DNA of 64,000 bases from Squalus acanthias (lineage: Eukaryota). The stretch is taken from NCBI GenBank assembly GCA_030390025.1, contig CM059431.1, positions 108,874,001-108,938,000 of the forward strand, written 5' to 3'. How positions within the stretch are numbered: position 1 is the first letter of the stretch; each line of letters begins with the position of its first letter. The notes beneath the pieces were generated by a model, which had not been told where the DNA came from, searched no databases, and worked only from the letters and a program-made list of their open reading frames with translations. Positions 12,307 to 25,677 of the stretch are shown here, in pieces. The translations under genes and the position numbers were made by a program.

Positions 12307-13951
12307 TAACTAGTGTCTTTCTTTATTTTCCCCAACACCTGAAATGGAAGAGCTGCTCTGTCCATCTGAAAGATCGGGCCAGCGTGCAGGTCTGAATGCC
12401 GATAACCCCACTTGTACTGCAGCCATTAACAGTATCTGTTAGGCCTGGCCTGCCTCCTCTGGATGTATCTGAAGGCTGGGGTTTATTTTTAAACACTACT
12501 GAGCCTAGAGGGAAAAAAGAGCCTAATTCATTTCACAGTCGTGCCTTAACCTGGCGCGCTAATCATTTTTTTTTCGGCAACACAAAGGAAGCTGATGACA
12601 AACAAGTGGCAATGTTCCATCAGGAGCTGATAGCGCAGCTGGGAGAAGTCAAAATAAAAAAAGCAAACAAACATCGGTGAACATCTGGCAATGGCTTGGT
12701 ACAAATTCCTAATCCCTTTTATTAAGATTACTTAAAACAGGAAGTGGTTAATTAGAGATGAGCAAGATTGTTAAAACAAATGTAGTGATTTTTTTTTGGT
12801 TCGGCTTTCCTTTTAAGTCATTAGGAATTTTCGATAGAGACAGAGACGGGAAGGATGTACAAAGGAGTGCTATGGAATCAAGGCAGGAAACATGGAGAAT
12901 GGGAGTTTAACTTTTAGCATGGGAAAATATTTAAGAAGAATTATGTCACCTCAACAAGTTTAATGTCACCCTCAAGAACATCTGACACTAAAAGTAAGTT
13001 GCAAATATATAAATAGACACTAAAAGGGCATGTCACTAAACAGTGCGCGAGGAACAGCTGGCCCAGTTTTTATGAATCTTTCTATTACCTTATGAACTTG
13101 GCTACTGTTGTTGTGCCTTGTGTCAACAGAACTTGAGCAATTCCAGGGAAAGACAACAGCAGGACTAATTAAAGCAGTTCGCCATAAACCTCCACGGCAT
13201 TGCGTTCTTGTGATTTCTATTCAAGCACCAGAACAGAGATGCTGTGCAATTTTCATTAAAGGGTGAGATACTTTCTTTAAAAATAAAATGGTTGTGTGAC
13301 CCAACGAATCTCACTGCGCATTTGAGCAATAATGTGGGTGCTATTTGAATGACTCTTGTGCTGATTATGGGGACCATTGTTTTACAGTGACGTAATAAAT
13401 CAAATTGCAATTTTTATTGTACAAGATTGTCAGGATGCTCGGTTGTTTTGAGGATTGCATTTAACATGGCCTGGTGGCACACTTGGACATTGGGTATTGA
13501 GGAATCCGTTTGCTAATTGATAGTTCAATTAGTACTGTGCAAGGTTTAGAACTGAATGCTGTTTTCCTGATTAGAGTAAATTCCGAAGATCCCTCTGTTA
13601 TCTGGAAAAGTACCTGGAAAGAGTAGCACTCAAACATAATGCCTACTCACAATTTACAGCAAGACTTCTTGTATTGCAGACAGACAGATAGGGACGAGAA
13701 TGAATAATCATGAAGTTAGAATTTGCCTAAATGATAGAAATGATCCACAACAAAAAAAAAAATTTGGAATTGAAATTGTACATTGACACAAACTGAAGGG
13801 GAAAATAAGAGATTCATATTTATCTCTGCCTTGATGAGTGGCCCGTTACTCGTCTCTACTGAATGGCTTCATTGTTGGGCGACGTGGGTTTAGTACTAAT
13901 AGTGTTTCTTCTTGCAAATTTGGGATCTGCTGTTTTCTAAAAAGGGACACT

Positions 13952-14105
13952 GGGGTAAATCTTCGCAGACTCTGCTCTCGGCGTGGAGTCTTATTTGATG
14001 AGAGTTCAGATCGGAGAGCAGGGTGCTACCTGCACCGATTCCTCAATCCATCCTCTCATTGAACAAGACTCCACACTGGGAGCAGAGTCTCTGAAATTTT
14101 GCCCT
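13952..14105. mobile_element. Fold-back MITE with ~53-bp imperfect arms
   Basis: GGGGTAAAT..CAGACTCTGCTCTCGGCGTGGAGTCTTATTTGATGAGAG pairs with CTCTCATTGAACAAGACTCCACACTGGGAGCAGAGTCT..ATTTTGCCC. Confidence 0.75.
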
Positions 14106-14144
14106 AATAAGTCACCACTTCGCATCCAACAGCTGTGTTAGCAA

Positions 14145-14450
14145 AACTAGAGGCCATTAATATAAGATAGTCACGAAGAAATCAAATAGGGAATTCAGAA
14201 GAAACTTCCTTACCCAGAGAGTGGTGAGAATGTGGAACTCGCTACCACAAGGAGTAGTTGAGACGAATAGCATAGATGCATTTAAGGGGAAGCTAGATAA
14301 ACACATGAGGGAGAAAGGAATAGAAGTTAAGCCGGTAGAGTTAAATGAGCAAGGATGGGAGGAGACTCAAGTGGAGCATAAACACCGGCATGGACTGGTT
14401 GGGCCTGTTTCTGTGCTGTATATTCTATGCAAATCTATATAATTCTATGT
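14145..14450 (+). mobile_element. CR1 LINE 3' fragment
   Basis: RRNFLTQRVVRMWNSLPQ...FKGKLD and TTCTAT tail. Confidence 0.9.
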
Positions 14451-17400
14451 GTTGATAAGAATAATTCTCTTTCATGTATTCCAGGCAGCTACAGAATGCT
14501 AGTTTAATGATCTGTAGTGGGGCATTTTGGACAAGAAATATACAGGCCTCATTTAAGTACCTACGATACCAGTGCGAGTCCAGGTCTAGTATAGGAACTG
14601 ATCAATCACTCCTTTAGTTATCTGTTAGTGGAGAGTTTTGTAACTGAGGCCACACAAGGCCTCCACAATGCATAGCAGTGAGGTTATTCCACAGCCAGAC
14701 AATTCACACCACTATTTCTATTTACTAAATTTGCAAATTCTTTCGACCTGATTATAAAGTGCATGTGCAGTGTTGCAAGTGGTTGTGTGCATCAAAGTTA
14801 TGTTCTGTTCGAAGTAAAATGGCAAAAGCAAAGTAAGTGTATGGTTTAATTAATCTGATCCAAATTTTCCAAAAGATGAATTAGCCTTACAGACTGCTGT
14901 AACTCTTATAATTGAGTAATTAGTGATTAATGGAAATAGGTCCTCATTTATGCAGCAAAAAAAATGAGGCTGTCATTTCAGAAACAATGTAAGCTGTTCA
15001 ATGGAGTCATTGCACAATAGGTACTTTTACAAACCAAAGGTAGCTTTCATGACACACTCGTCCTAGTATTTCAAAACACCTGCAGGCCAGAACCTGTGAT
15101 TCTTTAGCTCAGCATTGTTTCTATGCCACTGCACTGTAGCCCTTTATCTCATTGTCCTGCTCTGTATGATATAGTATTGCATGATCTTCTCTTACTTAAG
15201 TGACTTGTGTGTTCAGGAAAGAAGGTTGAAAACTCCCCCAAGCAGAACAGGGTCTAGGACTGGCACCTCAAGCTCCCACGGTACCCAGCAATAGCTGGCA
15301 CTTGAATCTGCCAGCCTGATGTGGGTTGAGTGTGGCAGTTCTCAGTGCAATTCCTCTCTGAAACACAAGCCCACTGTGGAGTAAAGAGCTCACCACTCTC
15401 AAGGTAAATGCACTGATGCAGCACTCCCAGCAGGGAGCTGCGCTCAAACAAAGCAAGGTTTGGGGATGGAGCTACAACACATGGAAAAAGCAATTGGCAA
15501 ACTTTCTTTTCGTTGGTTTGGAAGTGCACAATGTGATGGTGCAATTGTGCTAATCTATTTGACAAGATCATGACAAAAGTTAGACGAGGCCTTCCCAGAT
15601 TGGACAGAGACAGCAATTCTCTGTGTCAAGGTTCATTCCCACCACTATTTTGAATCATAGACAAGTTACACTGAATTGCTAATACGTTTTTCCGCAGCCC
15701 CACAATACTGGGGGAATCCAAACTCAACCGGTTCTTCGATCTGCACTCCCTTCAAGCGCACTTCCCAATGGGAGCAAAGGCTCGGTGAATTTAACCTCGT
15801 GTCCATGCCTCAACCTGGGCCTTTCTTTTTGTTACTTGTCCACAGGGTGTTACTGGCTTTGCAAACTATAACGGTGCTTATTATTCAAGGTGTATGAGAT
15901 ACAGCCATGACCACGAGTGGGAGAGCAGGCATAATGTAGAAAAATCCAGAATTTATTGGGTAAACTTCCCAATTCCATGCTCCCAATGGGGAATGGCCCG
16001 TCAGTGATAGGGTTTCAATGCTGTCTTTTCACTTCTAAGAGCTGGGTTTTAATTGAGCAGCGATTGATGGGATGAAACCCTTTCTTTCTTTGATGGCTGG
16101 ACAATGACTTTGGGCAGTCTCAACCCAATTCCAAATAAACATGGGCCCATGGTACAAAACCGTCAACAACTCAGAACAAGTTGGCGCCTAATGCCTAACA
16201 GGCATCGTTTGCATTCAGCGTTGTAAAGATGCAAATCGGGGGCAATGCAGTGGAAGATGGGAAACGGTGCACTGAAACATTGTGCAGCACATGCCCCCAC
16301 GCAACTTTACACCTCTGGCAACCTCAGATCTGTCCAAAGATTGGCAGAAAGTCCAGGCCTGGGTGTCCAAAATGGAAAACAGTTCCATTCCTCCAGTACG
16401 TACGCTGAGCTTCAGTCTGCCTTTGCTAGAGCAATCTAAAAATAATCCCACTACCCAGCTCTCTCTCGCAATAGCAGTGCATCTTCCTCTGCTTAAATGC
16501 TTACTCGCTGTTCCCTTAAAAGGTGAATTGGTCTCTTCCCTCAACTATTCAGGAGAGGTGGGAGAAAATGGGGATTAAAAAGAACCTTTGACCTGCCAAT
16601 AAGGGCTTTAACTATCATGTCAGCTAGCCGGAATAGAGTTGCAGATTCAAATACCCAGCAGCAAAGTATTAATTGTTTGGTATTTTGAACTCAAAAGAGA
16701 GGTGCTTTACTCCCAGATGAAGATGATAGAGAGGACATTACTGTGCTGTAATTAAAAATGTATAATTTCTACTATTAGAGCCATGCTCTGATTTTGAAAG
16801 TGCTATACATACTTATAAACTTATTAATAATCAAATCACATCTGCCATATCACAGATTTAGAGCCAAGACATTAGAATCTGACTAAATCAACATCTAGGG
16901 CTAATTTTCCCTAACCTAATGTTAGGAATTATTATGGCAAGAAATTATTGGACTCTGGGATTAATTTGTACATTTCAATTCTACCAAAGTGTTTGAAAGA
17001 TACCAATCCCAGTTCATCAAGAATTCTTTACAAAGCTTTACATAAATTATGTGGTATGGAATTATAGGACTATTTATCTATGGAGCTTAAAGGTAGAAAT
17101 TAATACTGGCAAAATTAGCAGACTTTGTGTGTTGATGTGAGTTCTCTGTCCTTTAAACAAGTTAACATTTCTGTTAAAATACACACCGTGGAATGTTGTA
17201 CCAACATGTTAAGCATTCTTATCTTCTTATAATTTAATAAAAGAAATTACAATTGAACAAAGGACTTGTGCAGCGATGGTGCTCCATCTGTGAGATGATG
17301 GGGTGGGGGCTGGGGGGGAATGGGTGGAGGTTGTGACGGCCATCAGGGAGTCAAACATTGGCTAAACCAGTATTACCCAAAAAAGCAAATCTCTTGGTCA

Positions 17401-20099
17401 GTCATGGAAAAGTCTGCAACTTGGAAAAAAAATTATCTTTCCCACCTGTCTGAGGGCAGAAAGCTACAGCGGGAAAGGCAAGGAACCTGACAAACAACAT
17501 CCATAAAAATAGGCCAAAGTGATTCTCTTTCCCATTATGCTCATACAAAAACTCTTATTAAGGCATCAAATTCTCGTGGTTGTCTAGCTGGCATTTTTAT
17601 TCCATGGAGTAAATTGATTGAAAAATATCTTAAGTTGCAGATTCTTTCTCCACAGCCTACAGGGAAAGGGGAAAGTGCAGCAGAGTTACAGGATAGCAGT
17701 CCAAACAGGAGTGTAGGTTAATACCATCTTATGCAAAGGCAAATGAAAGTCTATGCTGGAGAAAGATGTCGAAGCTGCATTGTTCCCCAATGCCAACTGT
17801 ACAGCACATCATCATTAACATACATTAAGCTTCTCCCACTGCTCCTTATATTTGTTTGAAAGAAAGAAAGCAATCAGCATCAAATATTTTATTGCACCCC
17901 AGAAAAGCAGAATCCACTCATTTGTAAATGTCACCATCATCCACAAGGTTAGCATTGTCGGAAAAAAAAACCACCTCAGCTTGAACCATTGTAGGGACTT
18001 CTTCATGAAAGAGCTTAATACACTTTCAATAGCTTAAAATAGTCTGTGGAGCCTAATTAAAAGGGATACTTGCCGCGTTCAAAGTTTTTAAAAAAAAATT
18101 AATTATTTGTAATAGGAATTGTAATGCCATTTAATTAGTCAAACCTAGCTCCAAGCTGCAGTTGGTCTCCCTTACCTTTCCTATCAGTGCTTCACAATAA
18201 ACTTCAAGCTGTGCGTTATGCAACGAGGGAGGAATTTACTGGGGCCCGGGTAAATTTAGAAACAATTTGGAATAGACAGAGACAATGCTACGTGGTCTAT
18301 TGGACACGCTCTGCAAATATATGAGGAACGCTATACTCATTTAAAAAAAAAAAAATTTAGAATTTTGCAGTTCTCAGCGCTATTCACAAGAAACTTAGAA
18401 CAAAACCAAGGCCATTCAATGCTGCAAATGTTCTTTAAAGAAAGGATAAATATTCAATTAGATGTTGAATAAAACACAGAAATGATTTTGGCCTCTTTCA
18501 GCATAAAATACCTTTGAAAGATTAATTAATACATGCACATTATGCAAATTAGGCACATGCAAATATTTTATGAAGACAATTAAGGGAGGCATTAATTACT
18601 GCCTTTTTGCTTCGATGAGATTTGTTCTTTTTTTCCCTCTGCAGTTTAACTCTTTAAGTGATGAACCCTTTGATTGGGTGTGTGACCAGCATAGCAGAGC
18701 ACTCCCTGCAGATACACGTAAAAAACATTAAACAAGCGACCCCGTTAAAATAATATTAATACACATATATTTATATAGTATAGATCTATTCCAGGTGCTG
18801 TGGGAAGGATCAACAGAATTTTCTGACACAATGTACTGCCAGTAATTAAGAGCCTGAAAGTGAATTTGAGCTCGTTGTTGGAAATGATTCAACTTCTGCA
18901 AAAGCAATTAATTTGCTTTGCCTGTGCTAATATAGTGGAATTATAAAGCGTGACACAAGACAAATAGAAATAATTAGTTCCCCAAAATGATGTTCTCATT
19001 AATGCAGTTTTAACAGAGCAAAAACATTATTGCACTGGGTCTACGTTCTGTCCCCTGTCACAGTAACCGTGATGAAGTAGTACACATCTAAATTAAGAGT
19101 TTTTATTGGTGGTGTCATATTTTTTAATACATTTCTAAAGGTTCGAGGTCACTGCTGTATAGAGTTTACAAAACTGCCTGCAGCTCATGCCTCTTGGAAT
19201 GGGACACTGCTCAGCAATTACTGAGCAAGGCAAAAATGTAAATCCTTATCTAACAGCAACCTTTAAACCATTGAATAGTGCTTTTAAAAAAAAATTCTTT
19301 CTGCTAATGCCTGCAATAAATTGCATCCTTTGTTTTCGTTAATCAATCTTGTCGTCAATCGATTCCACGGGCCTGACGGACTGTCAAGCACCAGAATGAC
19401 AGTGCCAACAAAGAGGAGAAAGGGCAATGAGTGTATGATGTTTGGTTCCTGTGCATTGTATGGTAATCGGAATAGGGGGCTTGAACATTTTATTAAAAGA
19501 AAGCAATGGAAGGTTCGTTGGTCTCAGTTTCAATTCAGACATATTTATACAGCTTATGCAGGAGGGCTTTTAGAATCCCAAGCACTAGGAAATGTGGGCT
19601 TACAAGCCTTAGACCATATATTAACTGTGCACAGTGTAGCTTTAATTAATCGCAGTAACAAAACCTGTCACCTGATAAAAATTCTATGTTACTACTGTCA
19701 AGCAAAACAAAAGAGAGGAATAAAAACCTAAGAGGACTTACTATTTGTCCTGTAGGCTCCAATAAGGAGAGATTGTGTGATTACATTTTATCACACAGGG
19801 CCCTGTAAGATTTCTAGGCAAGATTATCAATAGTAAAGCCCTTGCTCCCCTCTGCTTTTATTTTTAAAAGAAAAGTGCTGTCAAGTGTCCCACTTGCTTC
19901 AGAAGCCATGCTAAAGCTACAGCTGTAAATTTGTGTTTGTCAATTCACGCTTGGATTTCAACCAAATTCTCATGTGGAAATGGCGTAAGGTTATTTACTC
20001 CGAATCCCAGTTCCGAGAGGAATCTTCCAGCTCAGCAGATCGAAGCTGTGCTCCCGAACCGAAGACTTGAATTAGGCTGGTGAGAATTTTCTTTTATAA

Positions 20100-20485
20100 A
20101 GAAAGAACTTGCATTTGTATAGCAGCTTTCACAATCTTAGGACGTCTCAAAGTGCTTTACAGCCAATGAAGTACTTTCTGAAGCGTAGGAAGTCGTTGTA
20201 GGAAACGCGGCAGCCAATTAGCGCACAGCAAGCTTCCACAAACTGCAATGTGATAATGACCAGATAATCTGCTTTAGTGATTTTGGTTGAGGGATAAATA
20301 TTGGTCAAGACACCAAGGAGAACCCCCCCCCCCCACCCCCGCCCCGCCCGCTCTTCTTCGAATAGTGTCATGACAACTTTTACGTCTACCCGAGGGGGCA
20401 AATGGGACCTCTGACAGTGCAGCACTCCCTCAGTACCGCACTGGAGTATAAGCCTGGATTATGTGCTCATTCTCTGGAATGGGAC
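20100..20485 (-). mobile_element. DeuSINE (SacSINE1-like) copy
   Basis: Reverse complement of the 57635-58102 element, with L2-type tail. Confidence 0.8.
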
Positions 20486-21329
20486 TGGCGCAGAAGGTTT
20501 ACATGAATTTCCTAGCATTTCTCTTTTGTTGGGAAGCGATGGAGATCTAGAATGCAACAAGCTTACCAGCCTGGTAAGAAAACAACAACAACAACAACTT
20601 GTATTTATATAGCACCTTTAACATAGTAAAACGTCCCAAGGCGCTGCACAGGAGTATCTTAAGACACAAAAAACTGCCTAAGCACATGAATCGACTCTCC
20701 TTAAGATGGCATGTGTGTCTAGCCCACGAGTCAGAAGGTGGTGGGTTCAAGCCCCATTCCAGGAACATGAGCACATAATCCAGGCTGACACTCCAGTGCA
20801 GTGCTGAGGGTGTGCTGCACTGTCAGTGGTGTTGTCTTTCGGATGTGACGTTTCTCCCGCTTTTAATCCATAAACTACAATTCTGACCATGGCTCCCTCG
20901 GCGTACAGGGATTACTGCTGGCAGAGTGAGTCACAAACCTGCTTGTCATTCGAGGATTTAGGGATTTTATGGTATTAAAAAATAAAGAAGCCAAGGCATT
21001 CTCAAAGTGCAACCCGAGTTCTTTTTAAAAAAGCAATATTCTTTCTTTCTCGCTCCCCTTCTCCACGAAGGCATTGACTCATGCTGGGATACAGTTCAGC
21101 AGGCACTTGGGGTCCTCTGCTATCACACTCAAGAGGCCATTCTTCCTGTCTGAATCTAGAAAGCAAGGGGGAGAAATTGGTCCCAACTCCGCACATTTTT
21201 TTGGGTGCAGAATGGGGCAAAAATGCCTTAAGGGCGCCTGAAATATGCACAACCTCAAATTGGCTTGCATGATTTTTCAGGCACCTCTGGTGGCCGCTTA
21301 AACCAGAGAATAGACCCCTTACATATTTT

Positions 21330-22080
21330 ATTATCAATCCTCCGATGTGCACGTTGCTGAAAAGGCCGATATTTATTGCCCACCACGAGTTGCCCTTGAG
21401 AAGGTGGTGGTGGGTCTTCTCCCTGAACTGTTGCAGTCCATGTAGTGAACTTAAACATTCACTCCCTCCACCACCGGCGTACCGTGGCTGCAGTGCGCTC
21501 CATAAATTCAGTGGTAGCTCCCCAAGATGCACTGCAGCAATTCGCCAAGGCTTCTGCGGCAGCACCTCCCAAACCCACGACCTCTTCCACCTAGAAGGAC
21601 AAGGGCAGCAGGCGCATGAGAACACTACCACCTCCAAGTTACACACCATCCTGACTTGGAAATACATCGCCGTTCCTTCATCGTCGCTGGGTCAAAATCC
21701 TGGAACTCCCCCCCTAACAGCACTGTGGGAGTACCTTCACCACACGGACTGCAGCGGTTCAAGGCGGCGGCTCACCACCACCTTCTCAAGGGCAACTAGC
21801 GATGGGCAATAAATGCTGGCCTTGCCAGCGACGCCCACATCCCATAAACTAATTTTTAAAAATGTGCTCCCACAGTGCTGTTAGGTAGGGAGTTCCAGGA
21901 TTTTGACCCAGCGACAATGAAGGAACGGCGATATATTTCCAAGTCAGGATGGTGTGTGACTTGGAGGTGATATTGTCCATCTAGATCCTTCTAGGTGGTG
22001 GAGGTCGCGAGCTTGAGATCTGCTGCTGCTGAAGGAGGCGGTGGAGGGAGTGGATGTTCAAGCCGGTGGATGCGGTGCCA
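21330..22080. mobile_element. LINE 3' fragments: a minus-strand copy interrupted by a plus-strand copy (21455-21860) of the same family; clade uncertain
   Basis: Plus copy carries SLHHRRTVAAV...KMHCSNSPRLL-like ORF end and GGGCAATAAATGCTGGCC tail; flanks 21330-21450 and 21865-22080 are its reverse complement and join up. Confidence 0.7.
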
Positions 22081-22093
22081 AACAATAAATGAA

Positions 22094-22801
22094 GGGGCAA
22101 AAATTCGGTGGGGGTGCCAACTTCGTCGGGGGGGCAACTTTTAGCCCCCTGAAAAAGTTAGCGCCCCCGCGCCATAAATTCACTGGTAGCACTCCAAGCA
22201 GGAGGCACTACTGGAAGCACTCCTCCTCCTTCCTGGGGCGCTACCATTGAATATCGCGGCACTTCATGCAACAGCGCCATGCACGTCGGCACATAGCGCC
22301 TCATCATTGCAGGCCTCCTCCTGATTAAAGGGGAGGGGCCTAGCGCTGTGCGCACCGGGACTCTGCTGGACCACCGGGGAGTGGGGTGCCGGGAAAACAG
22401 CCCGGCACTCAAGAGGAATGCCGGGCTGACCGATTGCAGCCGGGACCCCGGGAAAAAAAGTGGAAGTGGGGCAGGTGCTGGCAGGCGGCCAAAAAAAAAT
22501 GGCCACCCGGAACCTGCCCTTTAAGTTGCGCCGCCGCAGCTGCAAAAATGCCACCCTGACCCTGTCGGACATAGCGTCCGGCAGTAGGTCAGGGAGCGCG
22601 ACTGAAGTTTGCGGCCGGGGTGCTGCACACGGCGATGACGTCATCGGCGGAGGCGCAGCGCCGTGGGGCGCTACTGGCTACCGCCACCGCTAACCTCCCG
22701 CTCAATTTCACGGGAGGCGTTAGCGGCATCGCGCCAAGGCGCTAGGGGCTTTACGTCCCGTTAGCACTAACAGGAGGCGCAAAGCAACCCAATTTTTATC
22801 C
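22094..22801 (+). mobile_element. CpG-rich MITE family A, copy 1
   Basis: GGGGCAAAAATT...AATTTTTATCC termini; homologous to 34570-35132 and, inverted, to 44143-44710. Confidence 0.85.
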
Positions 22802-23335
22802 GAGATGGCCAACGCCTGGTTAACCCCACTCCTAAACTGGAACGAGCTGTGGCTAAACTGTGACCGCCAACAAAAAAAATGTAGTAAAATTTGTTATTGG
22901 AGAGTTTGACGTGGATCTAAACGGAGTAGGATTGCTCCTTCCGACTCCACAACACTACTGAGCGCTGCTGCCAGTCCACGATCGGCCCCCTCCAATTGTT
23001 CTTCCCCACACTCCCAAGTCCTACCCAAGGGCCACTGCTGACAACACAGGTGGACCAAAATTGATCCTCTAAAAAGGGTTTCTGGAGGCGCGACAGGCAC
23101 TGGTAGCTTGCCCAAATTATTAAAATGAGGCCCAAAGTCGAATTAAGGAATCGCGCCTGAAAATAGGCCATAACCCAAGTGTCCTAAGTCTGACGGTGGG
23201 CAAGTATTCTAATCCAGGGCTCATCTTTTCCTGTCTTGAGTCAGTCACTATGAGTTATGCAAAAGCATGCAAGGTGACTCACCCTGAAATTTTCCATCTT
23301 TCTCTAATCAAAAGTGTCTGATTTCCGCTAAATAA

Positions 23336-23756
23336 AAAGAAAGTCTTGCATTTATAAAGCACTGTTCACGACCACCGGACTTCCCAAAGCGCTTTACAGC
23401 CAATGAAGTACTTTGTGAAGTGTCATCACTGTTGTAATGTCGGCAGCCAATTTGCGTTCAGCAAGCTCCCACAAACAGCAGTGTGATAATGACCAGATAA
23501 TCTGTTTCTGTAATAACTCCCCTGTTCTTCTTTGAAATAATGCCATGGGATCTTTTACGTCCACCTGAGAGAGCAGATGGGGCCTCGGTTTAATGTCTCA
23601 ACTGAAAGACGGCACCTCCGACAGTGCAGCACTCCCTCAGCACTGCACTGGGAGTGTCAGCCTAGAATTTTTTGTGCTCAAGTCTCTGGAGTGGACTTGA
23701 ACCCACAACCTTCTGACTCAGAGGCGAGTGTGCTACCAACTGAGCCACTGGCTGAC
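23336..23756 (-). mobile_element. DeuSINE (SacSINE1-like), near full length
   Basis: tRNA head at the 23756 end, Deu-like core, L2-type tail. Confidence 0.85.
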
Positions 23757-24339
23757 TCAATGGCTCTCTCAACATCCCAGAGGACATGGGTAATTCAGCA
23801 ATATAGTCATGAACTTATATCCGATCACTAAAAATCTACAACTATACTCCACTCGCAGAAAAAGTATCTAGTTATATAATTAAACGTTTTGGATCTAGAA
23901 CTGTCCCTTGTGTCAGGACATTCAAAAGCTCACACTACAAAACCACGATTGACTCAAATAACCATTTCTATAATAAAGTTCGCCATGTCAATTGAGTCTA
24001 ATGTCCCACTGATAAAAAACAAAACCAATCAAAAAACAGTTCCATTCAATGCTTAGATATTGAAAGCAGCCTTATCAGCGATAAGCAAGCAGCACAAAGC
24101 TACCCAATCAAATCACGCACAATGTTTTGAGCCATGCAATCTGGAACCAGCAGCTATGACAAAGTCAACAAGTTTGTCCAAATTACTTTAGGGCTGCCAT
24201 TTTGCTTCCTCAATCTACACAGCTAAAAATAAAATAACAAACACATTACAAAAAGACATAATTCTGAAAACAAAGTATCACTAAAATTACCCATAGAGTT
24301 AGTTATTTAATGTTAGAAATGTGTGGAAGTGGAGCACTG

Positions 24340-24670
24340 GGTGGGGCAGTATGTCAGTGGCCTTTCACCTCTGGGACTTGGGTTCATGTCCTGCCCAGAT
24401 TGAGGAGATTATAGTTTGCGAGTGCCCTCAAACTAATTCCTAGTGGGCATGGGCCTACAGCACAAAAAAAAGTCCCTAATTCAGCAATTATTGTCTGTGT
24501 CACTCAGTCAACATGGTTGGTTTCAGAAATGGAACAATTGCTACACTGGTGCAGTAGGGGTTTGTTATTCCAAGATTGGGGCTGAGGCAAATTATTGGGA
24601 CGGGAATTGACGAGAGCTAGGCTTTGTATGAGGCTGTGTTATACCTCACTTGGGAGTGTTTGATGCAGGC
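24340..24670 (+). mobile_element. LF-SINE-like ancient SINE
   Basis: GCCTTTCACCTCTGGGACTTGGGTTCA..CCTGCCCAG, TTCCTAGTGGGCATGGGCCTACAGCACAAAA and GGGCTGAGGCAAATT occur in the order I recall for the LF-SINE consensus. Confidence 0.6.
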
Positions 24671-24851
24671 ATGGGTGAAATGCACTGGCATCCCTTATTT
24701 TTACATTTTTTGCACACTGTAAAGTAACAAAAGTGTGAGAACAAGTGTCCCCTACACATCTCTATCCTGCTCACTGGGGTTTGGGGCTTCTGTGCAGGGT
24801 TGGAAATGTCATCTGGTTGCTGGGAGTTCCAGCTCCTTTGATGAATTCCTA

Positions 24852-25677
24852 AGGGCTGGATTTTGCCAGCACTCAGAGGGCAGGTTTGAAGGCAGGTCAA
24901 AGGGTAAAATCGTTTTGATTGACGGCGGGTCCCCGATTTGCGCATGGACCCGACACCTAGTGGCGGGAAGAGGATTAAAGGCAATTACCTGCCTGTTAAC
25001 AGGTAGTTGATAGTAGTTGACAGGCTATTTTTGAATTTTGCCGCTTCTGCCTTGGGTTTCCCTGACATCCGGACACCACGCCAGGTAAGTGTGGCGTGTT
25101 GTGAGTCTGCTGTAATGTTTCTGGATTGATGACAGCTGCAGAAGTGGTGTGAAGGAACCAATGTTGCACTGGTGAGTCTCAGAGGTAAGAAAATGTTGGG
25201 AAATGCATTTTAATACATTTACACATTTCATTAGGTTACAAGTTTTGAAATCCATGTCCAGTGCCACCTCATTGGGAGAACCTCTCTCACCAGTGACAGA
25301 TCGCTTCCGTCACCTCACCTGCAGTTGCCATCTATTCCAGCCTATGGAGGGAGTCATTGGAGAGCCTGGGTGCAAGAGCTCACCTTTGTGCAGTGATGTC
25401 AGTGTTTGCAGCACCTCAATGCTGTCAAACACTGAGAAATCAACTGTCAAAAAAAATTGTGCGTGGTCCCTTTAAGGAAACCGGCAGATGATGCGTCATC
25501 AAATGACATCATCCGACCGGCTTCCTCTTAATTCGCCAGCAAGCCCGCAGGGCGGGCTTTACAAGGTCAATCAACGTAAAATCACGTCTGTGGGCCGGAT
25601 GCAGCTGGGGACGGGACTGGAAGCCAGAACCCACCTGACCCGCACCCAACCCGCCTCCATTGATAAAATCGTGGCCG
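24852..25677. mobile_element. Non-autonomous Harbinger-like element (~830 bp)
   Basis: Termini GGGCTGGATTTT / AAAATCGTGGCC with GC-rich subterminal regions. Confidence 0.55.

Noticed and set aside
22094..22801. CpG-island-like patches as promoters (also 34570-35132, 44143-44710) and their GC-rich ORFs
   Set aside because: Three copies of one TIR-bounded MITE; the ORFs are by-products of high GC.
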